Part shown: positions 16,568-26,492 of the stretch, one piece after another
Layout of the letters: each line of letters opens with the position of its first letter
Numbering within the stretch: position 1 is the stretch's first letter
IMG/VR virus record: IMGVR_UViG_3300038675_000861
Coordinates: 1-35,123 of that record
Source of the DNA: a virus
Lineage: Duplodnaviria; Caudoviricetes
Reading direction: 5' to 3' (one strand)
DNA: 35,123 nt
Notes under the pieces: model-generated
Seen by the model: only the letters and a program-made list of their open reading frames with translations
What the model was told of the DNA's origin: nothing
Databases searched by the model: none
Made by a program: the position numbers and the translations under genes

Positions 16568-18630
16568 GCCAGAACCACTCTCAAATCGCATCATTCATCT
16601 GGAGCATCTGCAATCTGCTCCGCGGCCCCTACAAACGCAACGAATACCGCAAGGTTATTCTGCCTTTCACGGTGCTCAGGCGCTTTGACTGCATCCTGGC
16701 ACCCACCAAAGACAAGGTATTAGCAGAGCTTCCTAATCTCTACGGTAAATCGGATAACATAATCTCCGAAAGCTTGATCAGGATCACTGGTGTTCATTTT
16801 TTTAACAAATCCAAGCTGGACATGAAAAAGTTGCTGGACGATACAGAGAATATTGCCATAAACTTACAGTCCTATATCAACGACTTCTCGCCTAATGTGC
16901 AGAAGATCATAGAGTACTTTGCCTTCTCGGAGCAGATTGCTCGTCTACAGGATGCCAACTTACTTTATATGGTGCTGCAACGCTTCGTAACGGATGAGCT
17001 TGATCTCAGCCCCCAAGCTGTGGATAACATACAGATGGGGCTTGTCTTTGAGGAATTGATCCGCATTGGGGCAGAACAATCCAATGAGGAAGCTGGAGAA
17101 CATTTCACACCTCGGGAAGTGATCAAACTGATGGTGAATCTGCTGCTCAGTCCTGAAGCCGACCTTGCCAAAAGCCATGTCGTAAAAACTATCTTTGACC
17201 CAGCTTGCGGAACCGGAGGGATGCTAACAGCCGCCGAAACCTATATCAAAGAACTGAACCGCGATGCCAAACCCCACCTATATGGTCAGGATTGGAATAA
17301 AGAATCTTATGCTATATGTTGTTCGGACATGCTGATCAAAGGTGAAGATGCTAAAATACACTACGGCTGCTCCTTCGAGCAGGATGGCTTTTCTACAGAC
17401 AAGTTTGATTATATGCTTGCCAATCCTCCTTTTGGTGTAGAATGGAAAAAACAGCAGAAAACCATCACCGATGAGCACGAAAAGCTTGGCTTCAACGGCC
17501 GTTTCGGGGCTGGCTTACCTCGCATTAATGATGGTTCCCTGCTATTCTTGATGCACATGATCTCCAAAATGCGCTCTGTGGAGGAAGGTGGAAGCAGAAT
17601 AGCAATAGTCTTCAACGGCTCTCCTCTCTTTACCGGTGATGCGGGTAGCGGTGAAAGCAACATCCGTAAATGGATCATCGAAAACGACTGGCTGGAAGCC
17701 ATTATTGCCTTGCCCGATCAGCTTTTTTACAATACCGGAATCAGCACATACATCTGGATAATCACCAATAAAAAAGAAACCCATCGCCGTGGCAAGATCC
17801 AACTTATCGATGCTCGCCAGTTTTATCATAAGATGCGCAAAAGCTTAGGCAACAAACGCAATATTATCGGTGATGGGGATGATGGCAGATTTGACCACAT
17901 TAGCTTGATTACCAAGATTCACAGTGATCTCATCCACAATCAGGAACTAGAATTCACCTGCAATGGTGATACTCAAAGAGCTATTGTCAGCAAGATCTTT
18001 GACAACGAGGACTTTGGTTACCAGAAGATTACTGTGGAGCGTCCACTGCGCTTGAACTTCCAAGTTTCAGAGGAACGCCTGGCCCGGCTGAAAAATATAA
18101 CTTCCTTTGCCAAACTAGCCGAAAGCAAAAAGAAAGACCCCATCGAAAAGCAGAGGGAGATGGATGCTGGCAAGGCACTGCAGCAAAGGATCAGAGATGC
18201 TCTGAGCAATATGGATGGAAGCATTATATACATGAATCGGGAGCAGTTCCAGCAAGCACTCAAGCAAGTACTATCCCAAGCTAAGCTCAGCTTGGGCACT
18301 ACGGAATTCAAAGCTATCCTGGAAGCCCTCTCCGAGCGCGATGAAAACGCGGATTTATGCACCGATTCCAAGGGCAGGCCGGAACCTGATACCGAACTGC
18401 GTGACACGGAGAATGTCCCCCTGAAAGAAGACATCGACACTTACTTTAAAAGAGAAGTGTTGCCCAATATTCCAGATGCCTGGATCGATTATTCTAAGAC
18501 CAAAATTGGCTATGAGATTCCGCTTAACCGCTATTTCTATGTTTACCAGCCACCCCGCTCCCTGGATGAGATCGAAGCGGATATGAAAGCTCTTGAACAG
18601 GAAATATCAGTGCTCTTAGGAGGTTTTTAG
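16564..18630 (+). CDS. hsdM: Type I R-M methyltransferase subunit
   Basis: GEHFTPREV, DPACGTGG, ANPPF and LFYNTGI motifs. Confidence 0.96.
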   Translation: MSQNHSQIASFIWSICNLLRGPYKRNEYRKVILPFTVLRRFDCILAPTKDKVLAELPNLYGKSDNIISESLIRITGVHFFNKSKLDMKKLLDDTENIAINLQSYINDFSPNVQKIIEYFAFSEQIARLQDANLLYMVLQRFVTDELDLSPQAVDNIQMGLVFEELIRIGAEQSNEEAGEHFTPREVIKLMVNLLLSPEADLAKSHVVKTIFDPACGTGGMLTAAETYIKELNRDAKPHLYGQDWNKESYAICCSDMLIKGEDAKIHYGCSFEQDGFSTDKFDYMLANPPFGVEWKKQQKTITDEHEKLGFNGRFGAGLPRINDGSLLFLMHMISKMRSVEEGGSRIAIVFNGSPLFTGDAGSGESNIRKWIIENDWLEAIIALPDQLFYNTGISTYIWIITNKKETHRRGKIQLIDARQFYHKMRKSLGNKRNIIGDGDDGRFDHISLITKIHSDLIHNQELEFTCNGDTQRAIVSKIFDNEDFGYQKITVERPLRLNFQVSEERLARLKNITSFAKLAESKKKDPIEKQREMDAGKALQQRIRDALSNMDGSIIYMNREQFQQALKQVLSQAKLSLGTTEFKAILEALSERDENADLCTDSKGRPEPDTELRDTENVPLKEDIDTYFKREVLPNIPDAWIDYSKTKIGYEIPLNRYFYVYQPPRSLDEIEADMKALEQEISVLLGGF

Positions 18631-18636
18631 TTTGAT

Positions 18637-19233
18637 ATGCTAATTGACATTATCACTGAAATCGGTAACCTGATAAAAGACAACCTAGGTAACATCATAA
18701 CTTTGGGGGCATTGTACGTAGCATACCGAGCACTAATGATTTCAACAAAGTCCTTCAATGAGCACAATAGGCCATATATCACTGCTAATATTGAGAAAGG
18801 CGATTCACCCTATCACTTGTATTTGATTATCAGAAACGATGGTATTAGAGGGGCTCAGGACGTTCGAATAAAATTTGATCCACCCCTAGAATCTCAGGTG
18901 TTTAAGAATCAGCCTGAAATCAATAAGATCGTAGAGCGCAATTATGCCTTCATCTCTCCGCAGCAAATGATAAAAACAACATTCGATATTACCCTTCACA
19001 GGTTCGCAGAAGGTATCGAATGTGAAAACAAGATCAATATCGACATAACATACAAATATGCAAAGAGAACCTTTAAAGATACCTATCTTATCGATATAGA
19101 TTATATCAGACACCTGGTCGGCCCCAGCGAAAGTGATGTAAAAAAAGGTCTAGAACAACTCGATAAAACCCTGGATAAACTGGTCAGGAACACGACAAGG
19201 ATAGCTGAGAGCGTTAAGAATGATGCAAAATAA
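18637..19233 (+). CDS. Membrane-anchored beta-sandwich hypothetical protein inserted in the hsd operon
   Basis: N-terminal TM, RPYI and IRNDG...AQDV motifs, coiled C-terminus; overlaps the hsdS start. Confidence 0.75.
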   Translation: MLIDIITEIGNLIKDNLGNIITLGALYVAYRALMISTKSFNEHNRPYITANIEKGDSPYHLYLIIRNDGIRGAQDVRIKFDPPLESQVFKNQPEINKIVERNYAFISPQQMIKTTFDITLHRFAEGIECENKINIDITYKYAKRTFKDTYLIDIDYIRHLVGPSESDVKKGLEQLDKTLDKLVRNTTRIAESVKNDAK

Positions 19234-20518
19234 ATACAAGTATAAAGATAGCGGGATCGAATGGTTGGGTGAAGTGCCAGTGGGATGGGAGTTATTAAAA
19301 CTGAAATACTGTTCTGATGTGATTATGGGGCAATCCCCAAGTTCTGATGATTATTCTGATGATGATAGTGGCATGCTTCCCTTTCTCCAAGGCAATGCAG
19401 ATTTTACAGCAAGATACCCAATACCAAGAGTCTATTGCGATAGTGCAAATAAAATAATACCTAAGGGATCGATTTTAGTATCAGTGCGAGCCCCAGTAGG
19501 GGCTCTTAACGAAGCGGATCAAGATTACGGAATAGGCAGAGGCTTATGTGCATTAGTTCTAAAGTCAATTCTGATGAAGGAATATGCTTGGTACCAATTA
19601 CACGTGACAAGAATGGAACTTAATAGCCTTGCCACTGGATCAACATATGATGCTGTATCAGTTGATGAAGTAACTGATATGACAGTTCTTGTTCCTCAAT
19701 TTGCAGAGCAGCAAGCAATCGCTGCCTACCTCGACCGGGAGACTGCCAGGATAGATGCTTTGATCCAAAAGAAAGAGCAGATGATTGGACTGCTGAAAGA
19801 AAAGCGCCTCGCCCTCATCACCCAGGCCGTCACCAAAGGGCTGAACCCCAATGTCCCTATGAAAGAATCCGGAATTGAGTGGCTGGGAGAGGTGCCGGAG
19901 CATTGGGAAGTGAAAAAACTTAAGTACCTGGGGAAATCCTTAATTGGCCTTACATACAGTCCTGAAGAGATTGTTTTTGAGGATGGTACATTAGTATTAC
20001 GAGCTTCAAATATCCAGAATTCAACCTTATCATTAGGTCGAGATGATGATGTTTCTGTCGTAACTAAAATACCTAATGAACTGATGGTAGTTGAAGACGA
20101 TATTCTAATATGTTCAAGAAATGGAAGTAAAGCACTTATAGGTAAAGCGGCTATCATAGGAAGTGATGTCAATGCGACATTTGGTGCATTCATGACTGTT
20201 TTTAGGAGTAGATTCAACAGGTTTATTATATGGGTACTTCACTCGAGTATGTTCAGTAGCCTTTGTTCGGGTTATGTTACCTCGACTATTAATCAGCTTA
20301 CTCAAGATGATCTTAACAACATTGCTATCCCCCTACCTCCTGACAATGAATTAAAAGAGATAACAAAGCACCTTGAGAAAGAATCTTATTTTATAGATAA
20401 ACTGATTATCAAAGCAGATCGTTCCATATCCCTCCTCCGCGAATACCGCGCTTCTCTCATTTACCATGCCGTCACCGGTAAAATAGATTTGCGAGATTAT
20501 GATGCACAAGTACAATGA
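19220..20518 (+). CDS. hsdS: Type I R-M specificity subunit
   Basis: Repeated (D/E)SGIEWLGEVP, EQQAIAAYLD and AVTKG/AVTGK; two variable TRDs. Confidence 0.96.
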   Translation: MMQNKYKYKDSGIEWLGEVPVGWELLKLKYCSDVIMGQSPSSDDYSDDDSGMLPFLQGNADFTARYPIPRVYCDSANKIIPKGSILVSVRAPVGALNEADQDYGIGRGLCALVLKSILMKEYAWYQLHVTRMELNSLATGSTYDAVSVDEVTDMTVLVPQFAEQQAIAAYLDRETARIDALIQKKEQMIGLLKEKRLALITQAVTKGLNPNVPMKESGIEWLGEVPEHWEVKKLKYLGKSLIGLTYSPEEIVFEDGTLVLRASNIQNSTLSLGRDDDVSVVTKIPNELMVVEDDILICSRNGSKALIGKAAIIGSDVNATFGAFMTVFRSRFNRFIIWVLHSSMFSSLCSGYVTSTINQLTQDDLNNIAIPLPPDNELKEITKHLEKESYFIDKLIIKADRSISLLREYRASLIYHAVTGKIDLRDYDAQVQ

Positions 20519-23500
20519 ACAAACCTTTGAAGCCTATATCGAGTCCGTTATGCAAGATGAATGGACTAGTGTAGCCAATACTGCCTTTGACGCCGCCAAT
20601 GCCCTCTTCCCGGAGCAAGTAATCGCCTTTATCAGCCAGAGCCAACCCGTTCTCTGGACAGAACTGGAAAAGCTGAATGGTGATCTTCTGCCTCAGCAGC
20701 TCATCAAAAACTTGGTCAAGGAACGACTCAGCAAAGGCACGCTACACATCCTGCGGCATGGCTTCAAGTTTCAGGGTAAAACCCTGCGCCTGGCATACTT
20801 TCGTCCAGCGCACTCACTAAGCAAAGAAGCCGATGTATTGTACAAAAGCAATACTTTTCAGGTCTGCCGCCAGGTCTATTACCATCCAGACAAGAATCAA
20901 TCCATAGATATGGTCTTGGCGATCAATGGCATTCCGGTAGTCACCCTCGAGCTGAAGAATCCTGGCACCGGGCAAAATGTAAAGCATGCTATAAAGCAAT
21001 ACCAGGATGACAGAGACCCTTCCGCGCCCCTTTTGAGTTATAAAACGGGAGCACTGGTGCACTTTGCCGTGGATACCGATGAAGTGTATATGACTACGCA
21101 CCTGGATAAGCGCCAGACCTTCTTTTTGCCATTCAACCGGGGCAGCAACCCTCAAAGTATCGACTGTGGCAAAGGGAATCCAATCCATCCTTCCGGGCAC
21201 AGGACAGCCTATCTGTGGGAAGAGGTGCTGCAGCCGGATAGCCTGTTGGAGATCGTGGGAAGCTTCATCTTTATCGAGAATGTTGGTAAAAAGGATGAGC
21301 GCGTCATCTTTCCACGTTACCACCAATTGGATGCTGTCCGCAAGCTCTTGGCACAGGTAAAAAGAGATCAGACAGGCAAGAACTACCTGATCCAGCACAG
21401 CGCCGGAAGCGGCAAGACGAATAGCATCTCTTGGCTGGCGCACCGCCTTACAAACCTGCACACTGAGGAAGATAAGCTGATCTTTGACTGCGTGATCGTG
21501 ATCACCGATAGAGTAGTCTTGGACCGGCAGTTGCAGGACGCAATTTATCAGATCGAGCATGCCACAGGCGTGGTTGCTCCGATCAAAGAAGGCAGTAAGC
21601 AGCTTGCCAACGCTCTGGTAGACGGCACCAAGATCGTAATCACCACCCTGCAGAAGTTTCCCTTTATCTTGCGTGGGCTCTTGCACATCGCCGGAGCCAA
21701 GGACACAGACATGCCGGATGAAGCGGCTTTGCTCAAATCCAAAGCATGGCAAAAGAAGATTGCTGGCAGAAAATATGCTATCATCGTTGATGAGGCGCAC
21801 AGCAGCCAGACCGGCGAAGCGGCCCGAGGTATGAAACAGATTTTGGGTGCCAAAGCAGTCACAGCCGATGGTGTTGAGGATTGGCAGGATGAACTGAACC
21901 TGGTGATGGAGTCCAGAGGACAACAACCCAATCTCAGCTTCTTTGCCTTCACAGCCACACCCAAGGGCAAGACCATAGAGCTTTTTGGCACAGGAGGCAG
22001 GGCCTTTCACAGTTACACTATGCGCCAGGCTATCGAAGAGGGCTTCATCCTGGATGTTCTGCAACGCTACACTACTTATAGCACTTATTTCAAGATGATC
22101 AAAAAGACTGCGGATGATCCCTGTATGCCCGCCAAAAAGGCAGCCATAAAGCTCTGCAAGTTCATGCGCCTGCATCCCCGTAATGTGAGCCAGAAAACGG
22201 AGATCATTGTTGAGCATTACAGAAGCTGCATCATGCCACTGATCGGGGGCAGAGCTAAGGCTATGGTGGTGACGGACAGCCGTTTGCAGGCGGTCCGCTA
22301 TATGCTGGCCTTTCAAAAGTACTTAAGTGAGCATCACTATACTGATGTGCATCCGCTGGTGGCATTCAGCGGCACAGTGATAGATCCTGAAACTGATTTG
22401 GAATACACTGAACCTGGGATGAACATCGATTACAAGAATGGAAAGCACATCTCTGAGACCCAACTTAAGGATCGCTTTGGCAGTGAGGACTATCAGATCC
22501 TGCTTGTTGCCAATAAGTACCAGACCGGTTATGATCAACCCCTGCTCTGCGCCATGTATGTGGATAAACGCCTTGATGGTGTACAGGCAGTACAGACACT
22601 ATCCCGTTTGAACAGGATATATCCCGGCAAGGAAACTCCCTTTGTGCTGGACTTCGTGAACAAAACTGAGGATATTCTGGCAGCCTTTAAGCCCTATTAT
22701 ACTGTAACAGAACTTGAATCAGAATCCGATCCTACCCATCTGGAAGAGCTCAAACATGAACTAAACCAAATGCAAATTTACGATTGGAAGGAAGTAGAGG
22801 AATTTGCCAAAGTTTTTTACAAACCCCTAGGGCAGCAGAAACGCGGAGATCATGCGGCTCTGCAAAAACATCTACAGAGTGCTGTGGAGCGCTATAAACA
22901 GCTTGAGCATGACGAGGATAGGGATAAATTCCGCGATAAGCTGAAAGCTTATGTGCGGCTCTATGCATTTGTTACACAGCTTATCAGCTATACCGACCAA
23001 GAACAGGAGATGCTCTATAGCTTTGGCAGGTTTCTGCTCCCGCACATCCATCCTAGCGACAGTCGGGATGCTTATCCGGAGAAAGATGTGGAACTGCAGT
23101 ATTATCGCTTGCAGAAGGTGATGGAAGGATCCATCGATTTGTCTGATGGCGAAGAGGTTAAAGTTAAGTCCCCAACTGATACAGGCACTCGTAAAGCCCA
23201 GGAAGAGGATAAGCCCTTATCCGAGATAATCGAAACCTTGAACGAGCGCTTTGGCACGGACTTCAGCGAAGCGGACAGACTTTTCTTTGAACAAATCAAA
23301 GAGACAGCCTTGCAGGATGAGAGTGTGCTTAAGACTGCAGCAGCCAATCCCCTGGATAAGTTTGAACTAGGTATTGAGCAGATCATCAAAGACATTATGA
23401 TGAAACGGCTGAAGGAGAACGACAAGATTGTAACTCGGTATATGGATGACCAAAAGTTCCAAAAGGTGATATCTCACATTCTTGCAAAGGATATATACAC

Positions 23501-23519
23501 TGAATTGAGCGATATTTGA
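20499..23519 (+). CDS. hsdR: Type I R-M restriction subunit
   Basis: ELK nuclease motif, HSAGSGKT, DEAH, FTATP and QTLSRLNR (start may be 20502). Confidence 0.96.
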   Translation: MMHKYNEQTFEAYIESVMQDEWTSVANTAFDAANALFPEQVIAFISQSQPVLWTELEKLNGDLLPQQLIKNLVKERLSKGTLHILRHGFKFQGKTLRLAYFRPAHSLSKEADVLYKSNTFQVCRQVYYHPDKNQSIDMVLAINGIPVVTLELKNPGTGQNVKHAIKQYQDDRDPSAPLLSYKTGALVHFAVDTDEVYMTTHLDKRQTFFLPFNRGSNPQSIDCGKGNPIHPSGHRTAYLWEEVLQPDSLLEIVGSFIFIENVGKKDERVIFPRYHQLDAVRKLLAQVKRDQTGKNYLIQHSAGSGKTNSISWLAHRLTNLHTEEDKLIFDCVIVITDRVVLDRQLQDAIYQIEHATGVVAPIKEGSKQLANALVDGTKIVITTLQKFPFILRGLLHIAGAKDTDMPDEAALLKSKAWQKKIAGRKYAIIVDEAHSSQTGEAARGMKQILGAKAVTADGVEDWQDELNLVMESRGQQPNLSFFAFTATPKGKTIELFGTGGRAFHSYTMRQAIEEGFILDVLQRYTTYSTYFKMIKKTADDPCMPAKKAAIKLCKFMRLHPRNVSQKTEIIVEHYRSCIMPLIGGRAKAMVVTDSRLQAVRYMLAFQKYLSEHHYTDVHPLVAFSGTVIDPETDLEYTEPGMNIDYKNGKHISETQLKDRFGSEDYQILLVANKYQTGYDQPLLCAMYVDKRLDGVQAVQTLSRLNRIYPGKETPFVLDFVNKTEDILAAFKPYYTVTELESESDPTHLEELKHELNQMQIYDWKEVEEFAKVFYKPLGQQKRGDHAALQKHLQSAVERYKQLEHDEDRDKFRDKLKAYVRLYAFVTQLISYTDQEQEMLYSFGRFLLPHIHPSDSRDAYPEKDVELQYYRLQKVMEGSIDLSDGEEVKVKSPTDTGTRKAQEEDKPLSEIIETLNERFGTDFSEADRLFFEQIKETALQDESVLKTAAANPLDKFELGIEQIIKDIMMKRLKENDKIVTRYMDDQKFQKVISHILAKDIYTELSDI

Positions 23520-23602
23520 ATCCATGAGAGATTTGATATTGACAAATCAGTTGCATTATAAGAAATAGCAATAGTCGATTTAACAGTCTTAGGAGTATAT
23601 TC

Positions 23603-24094
23603 ATGACCTATGATGCTAATGGAAATTTAACGCCAGTCGGCAAGATTGAGATTAAAGTTGAGGAGTTTAAAGGCAATTTTGTAGAAGCATTTCCCGAATC
23701 GGTTACACGATACTCAATCTATGAGGGCTTCCAAGCATATCAAAAAACTCTGTTAAATACCGTTATGTCTGATACTGAGCAATGGATAGATGGCTCGTGG
23801 GTCAGCAACAAACAAAATCCTGGTGATATTGATTTGGTTAACCTAGTAGAATTGCAGAGTTTTACCCCTACAGAGTTTGTTAGGAACAAGCTACTCACAG
23901 TGTATGGCTCTGTGAGTGAGTATCATGTTGACGCATACGTGATTATTGTGTGCCCTGAAGATGACTCAAGGTATGAGGTGTTAACAAAGAAAACCATGGA
24001 GTATTGGGACAAATGGTGGAGTCATGATCGTAACAATAATGAAAAAGGTTATATTGTCTTAAAAACACAGTTTCAAGGGGTGAAGAATGTATAG
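23603..24094 (+). CDS. Nucleotidyltransferase-fold protein (DUF6932-like)
   Basis: WIDGSWVSNKQNPGDIDLV (GS...DxD), third Asp in VDAY, C-terminal DR...KG; AGGAG RBS. Confidence 0.8.
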   Translation: MTYDANGNLTPVGKIEIKVEEFKGNFVEAFPESVTRYSIYEGFQAYQKTLLNTVMSDTEQWIDGSWVSNKQNPGDIDLVNLVELQSFTPTEFVRNKLLTVYGSVSEYHVDAYVIIVCPEDDSRYEVLTKKTMEYWDKWWSHDRNNNEKGYIVLKTQFQGVKNV

Positions 24095-25022
24095 GAATTT
24101 GTCCTCACTACTGAACGAGCTTTCCGAATTAGGAGTTCTTATTTCTGATACCCAAGATTTACTCAAGCAAGTTCCTAATGATACAATAGTTGAGTTTCAA
24201 CTGGAGCAGCTTAAACATCGCCAATCTGAACTAAACAATGAACTTAGGGCGCTATCGATAAACGAGAAAAGACAGGTTTTCGAATATCATTTTCTATGTC
24301 CATTTGAGTCTGGAGTGTCTATTAATGACATTGCAAAATGCTTTAATGCTCTTTCCAGTGTCTTCGATGCTTTGGCTAAAAAAGAACTAACATATTATAC
24401 TCCTCCAGATTTGGAGTTACGAGCCGTAGTCAATCAATCATTTGGGCTTGTGTTCACATCCAAACAGGTAGATCAAATTGATATGGGTGAATTGGTCAGT
24501 GATATGAATAAGACTGAACAGGTTATAAATGAGTTCATGATCCTAACGGAAGCCCTCAATGAAAAGGATGATTTAATCTCAGTGTTTCATGACCAACACC
24601 GGCAAAGAGAGACAATTTCGGCAATTAATAAGTTCTATGAATCGATATATTCGAATGGAAATGATATTGTTATTGAATGGATTTCTCCTTTCCAATCTAA
24701 GGGACCTAAGTCTCTGAAGGTGACTAGTGAGAGGGCAAGATATATTAGTAATTTTATTAAAACTAGAAAGACTATACCTGATGAGACTGTTACTTTATTC
24801 GGGGAACTAGGTGGTATATCGATATATAAGAAAAGGATAGAGTTTTTACAAACAGGTTCCACGAAACCCATTGTGGTAAAATGGTCTGAAGACTTGTTAA
24901 CGACCATAACAGAGTTAAAATTGAAGCATTACTATCATATAACCTGCATAGTCAGCAGCTTGTACGATGCTTCCACGGAATCGCTGAAAATGAACTATAT
25001 GCTTAAACAAATATCTGAGTAA
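24087..25022 (+). CDS. Hypothetical protein: N-terminal coiled coil, possible C-terminal OB-like domain
   Basis: 311 aa, AT-rich, overlaps the upstream gene by 8 bp. Confidence 0.75.
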   Translation: MYRNLSSLLNELSELGVLISDTQDLLKQVPNDTIVEFQLEQLKHRQSELNNELRALSINEKRQVFEYHFLCPFESGVSINDIAKCFNALSSVFDALAKKELTYYTPPDLELRAVVNQSFGLVFTSKQVDQIDMGELVSDMNKTEQVINEFMILTEALNEKDDLISVFHDQHRQRETISAINKFYESIYSNGNDIVIEWISPFQSKGPKSLKVTSERARYISNFIKTRKTIPDETVTLFGELGGISIYKKRIEFLQTGSTKPIVVKWSEDLLTTITELKLKHYYHITCIVSSLYDASTESLKMNYMLKQISE

Positions 25023-25036
25023 AGCTAGGAGGAAAA

Positions 25037-25624
25037 ATGGAACGAACCGTTTTAGTTCTTTTTGTAATTACTGCCCTGGCATTGGTGATTATTCTGTCAT
25101 GCTATGTTGTGACATTTAGAGGTGGCTTATCAAATGACCACGATGATTGGGGTAGCTTCGGTTCTTTAGTTGGTGGTTTATCGATGTTGCTATTTTCTTT
25201 AGCAAATATCAAAATATGGCTATATCAATCTCGTAAGAACGATGAAGCTATGAAACATCAAGTAAAACTCCAAGAAAGACTAACACTATTAACAGGTCTC
25301 CAATCTAAACTGCTGTTTGTTGCAAAAATCCATACTTCATATGTTCAGTTCGAACAAGCATATTGGGAGTCATATCGAGAACTTAAGCGTTGGCAATTCG
25401 GAATTTATGAGCATATCTTCGATAATAATGACACCTTGATCAATAATGCATTCAGTACATTGGAAGCATTGGATCAAACTTGGAAGAAGTATAACCTTAC
25501 TGCTGACTTAAAAAAAGAAAATATCGTAACAGATATTTCAAATCCCGGGTTTCAGAAAGAGCTAAGTCAGTGTGAAGAGCCTTTGTTAGCCCTTTTAAAA
25601 TTCTATAGAGAGCAAGTCAAATAA
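25037..25624 (+). CDS. Membrane protein with two N-terminal TM helices
   Basis: AGGAGG RBS; TM-DWGSFGSLVGG-TM, similar to the GxFGxxxGG N-terminus of putative abortive-infection proteins. Confidence 0.75.
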   Translation: MERTVLVLFVITALALVIILSCYVVTFRGGLSNDHDDWGSFGSLVGGLSMLLFSLANIKIWLYQSRKNDEAMKHQVKLQERLTLLTGLQSKLLFVAKIHTSYVQFEQAYWESYRELKRWQFGIYEHIFDNNDTLINNAFSTLEALDQTWKKYNLTADLKKENIVTDISNPGFQKELSQCEEPLLALLKFYREQVK

Positions 25625-26492
25625 CTACTGTCCTTGTCCTACACTTCCAATGAAAGGGCGGAAACGGCGTATGTACTCCGGAGACGCCGACTGGGTTCAT
25701 TTCTGAGTCATATTCGATCTGATCGTCTTTGATCCAAGGCGCAAGGGCTTTAATGTATTCCCGGGCATCATCCAGGCTGTTGGACTTGGTATCCAGAGCC
25801 ATCAGATTATCCATCACTTCCAAAGCATCGTTTAGTGGGTAGATCTTATCTTGGGCAGCTAGAGCCCGACAGATGTCACTGGTACGGTCATCCAGGATCA
25901 CCACGAGCTTGTAGTATTTGGCTTTGGCTTTCTTGTAGCCCTGCAGCTTTCCGAATTCCCTGATTCTGAGTGCGGTATGCTCTGCCAGTCCCTGCCAGTA
26001 ATGGGATGAACGATTGGCGAGATCATTGAACTGGTCTTTAAGAGTGTCTGCCAGCATCTCTTTTGTATAGCCTTGCTCGATAGCTTTAGAGAGGGTATCT
26101 GCGAAGCTCTGACGGACATCGGCTTCAAAGTGATTGCCGATCCAGAACAGCTGCTGTTTCTGGATAGTAGATGAGAGATGCTGATCTTCAATACCCCAGA
26201 GTCCGATACTGGTCTTGGTGGGGGCTTGCACTTGTGTGTCTCGCAGTCCAAGCCGCACACAGCGGTCTATTATTGCTTTGGTGGACTCACTGACCAGGGC
26301 TGCGAAGTCATCCCCCAATTGAGTGTTGATGATGCCCATAAGCTTATCTATGGACTCCTTGTTGATCTTCTCGGCTCGTGGCATGTCACTCAGCATTTGG
26401 ATGGCTAATCTTGCAGCATCCTTGATCTCGGTCTTCCAGGCATTGTTGAGGACCCGGTAGTACTCCAACATGAGATTATCGTAGTAGTTCAT
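25617..26492 (-). CDS. Minor head/head morphogenesis protein (Mu gpF / SPP1 gp7-like)
   Basis: LDDRTSDIC and PPFHWKCRT motifs; ATG at 26492 overlaps the terminase stop (TGATG). Confidence 0.88.
   Translation of the reverse strand: MNYYDNLMLEYYRVLNNAWKTEIKDAARLAIQMLSDMPRAEKINKESIDKLMGIINTQLGDDFAALVSESTKAIIDRCVRLGLRDTQVQAPTKTSIGLWGIEDQHLSSTIQKQQLFWIGNHFEADVRQSFADTLSKAIEQGYTKEMLADTLKDQFNDLANRSSHYWQGLAEHTALRIREFGKLQGYKKAKAKYYKLVVILDDRTSDICRALAAQDKIYPLNDALEVMDNLMALDTKSNSLDDAREYIKALAPWIKDDQIEYDSEMNPVGVSGVHTPFPPFHWKCRTRTVVI

Noticed and set aside
20817-22316. 499 aa minus-strand ORF
   Set aside because: Lies wholly antisense to hsdR with no recognisable motifs; shadow ORF.
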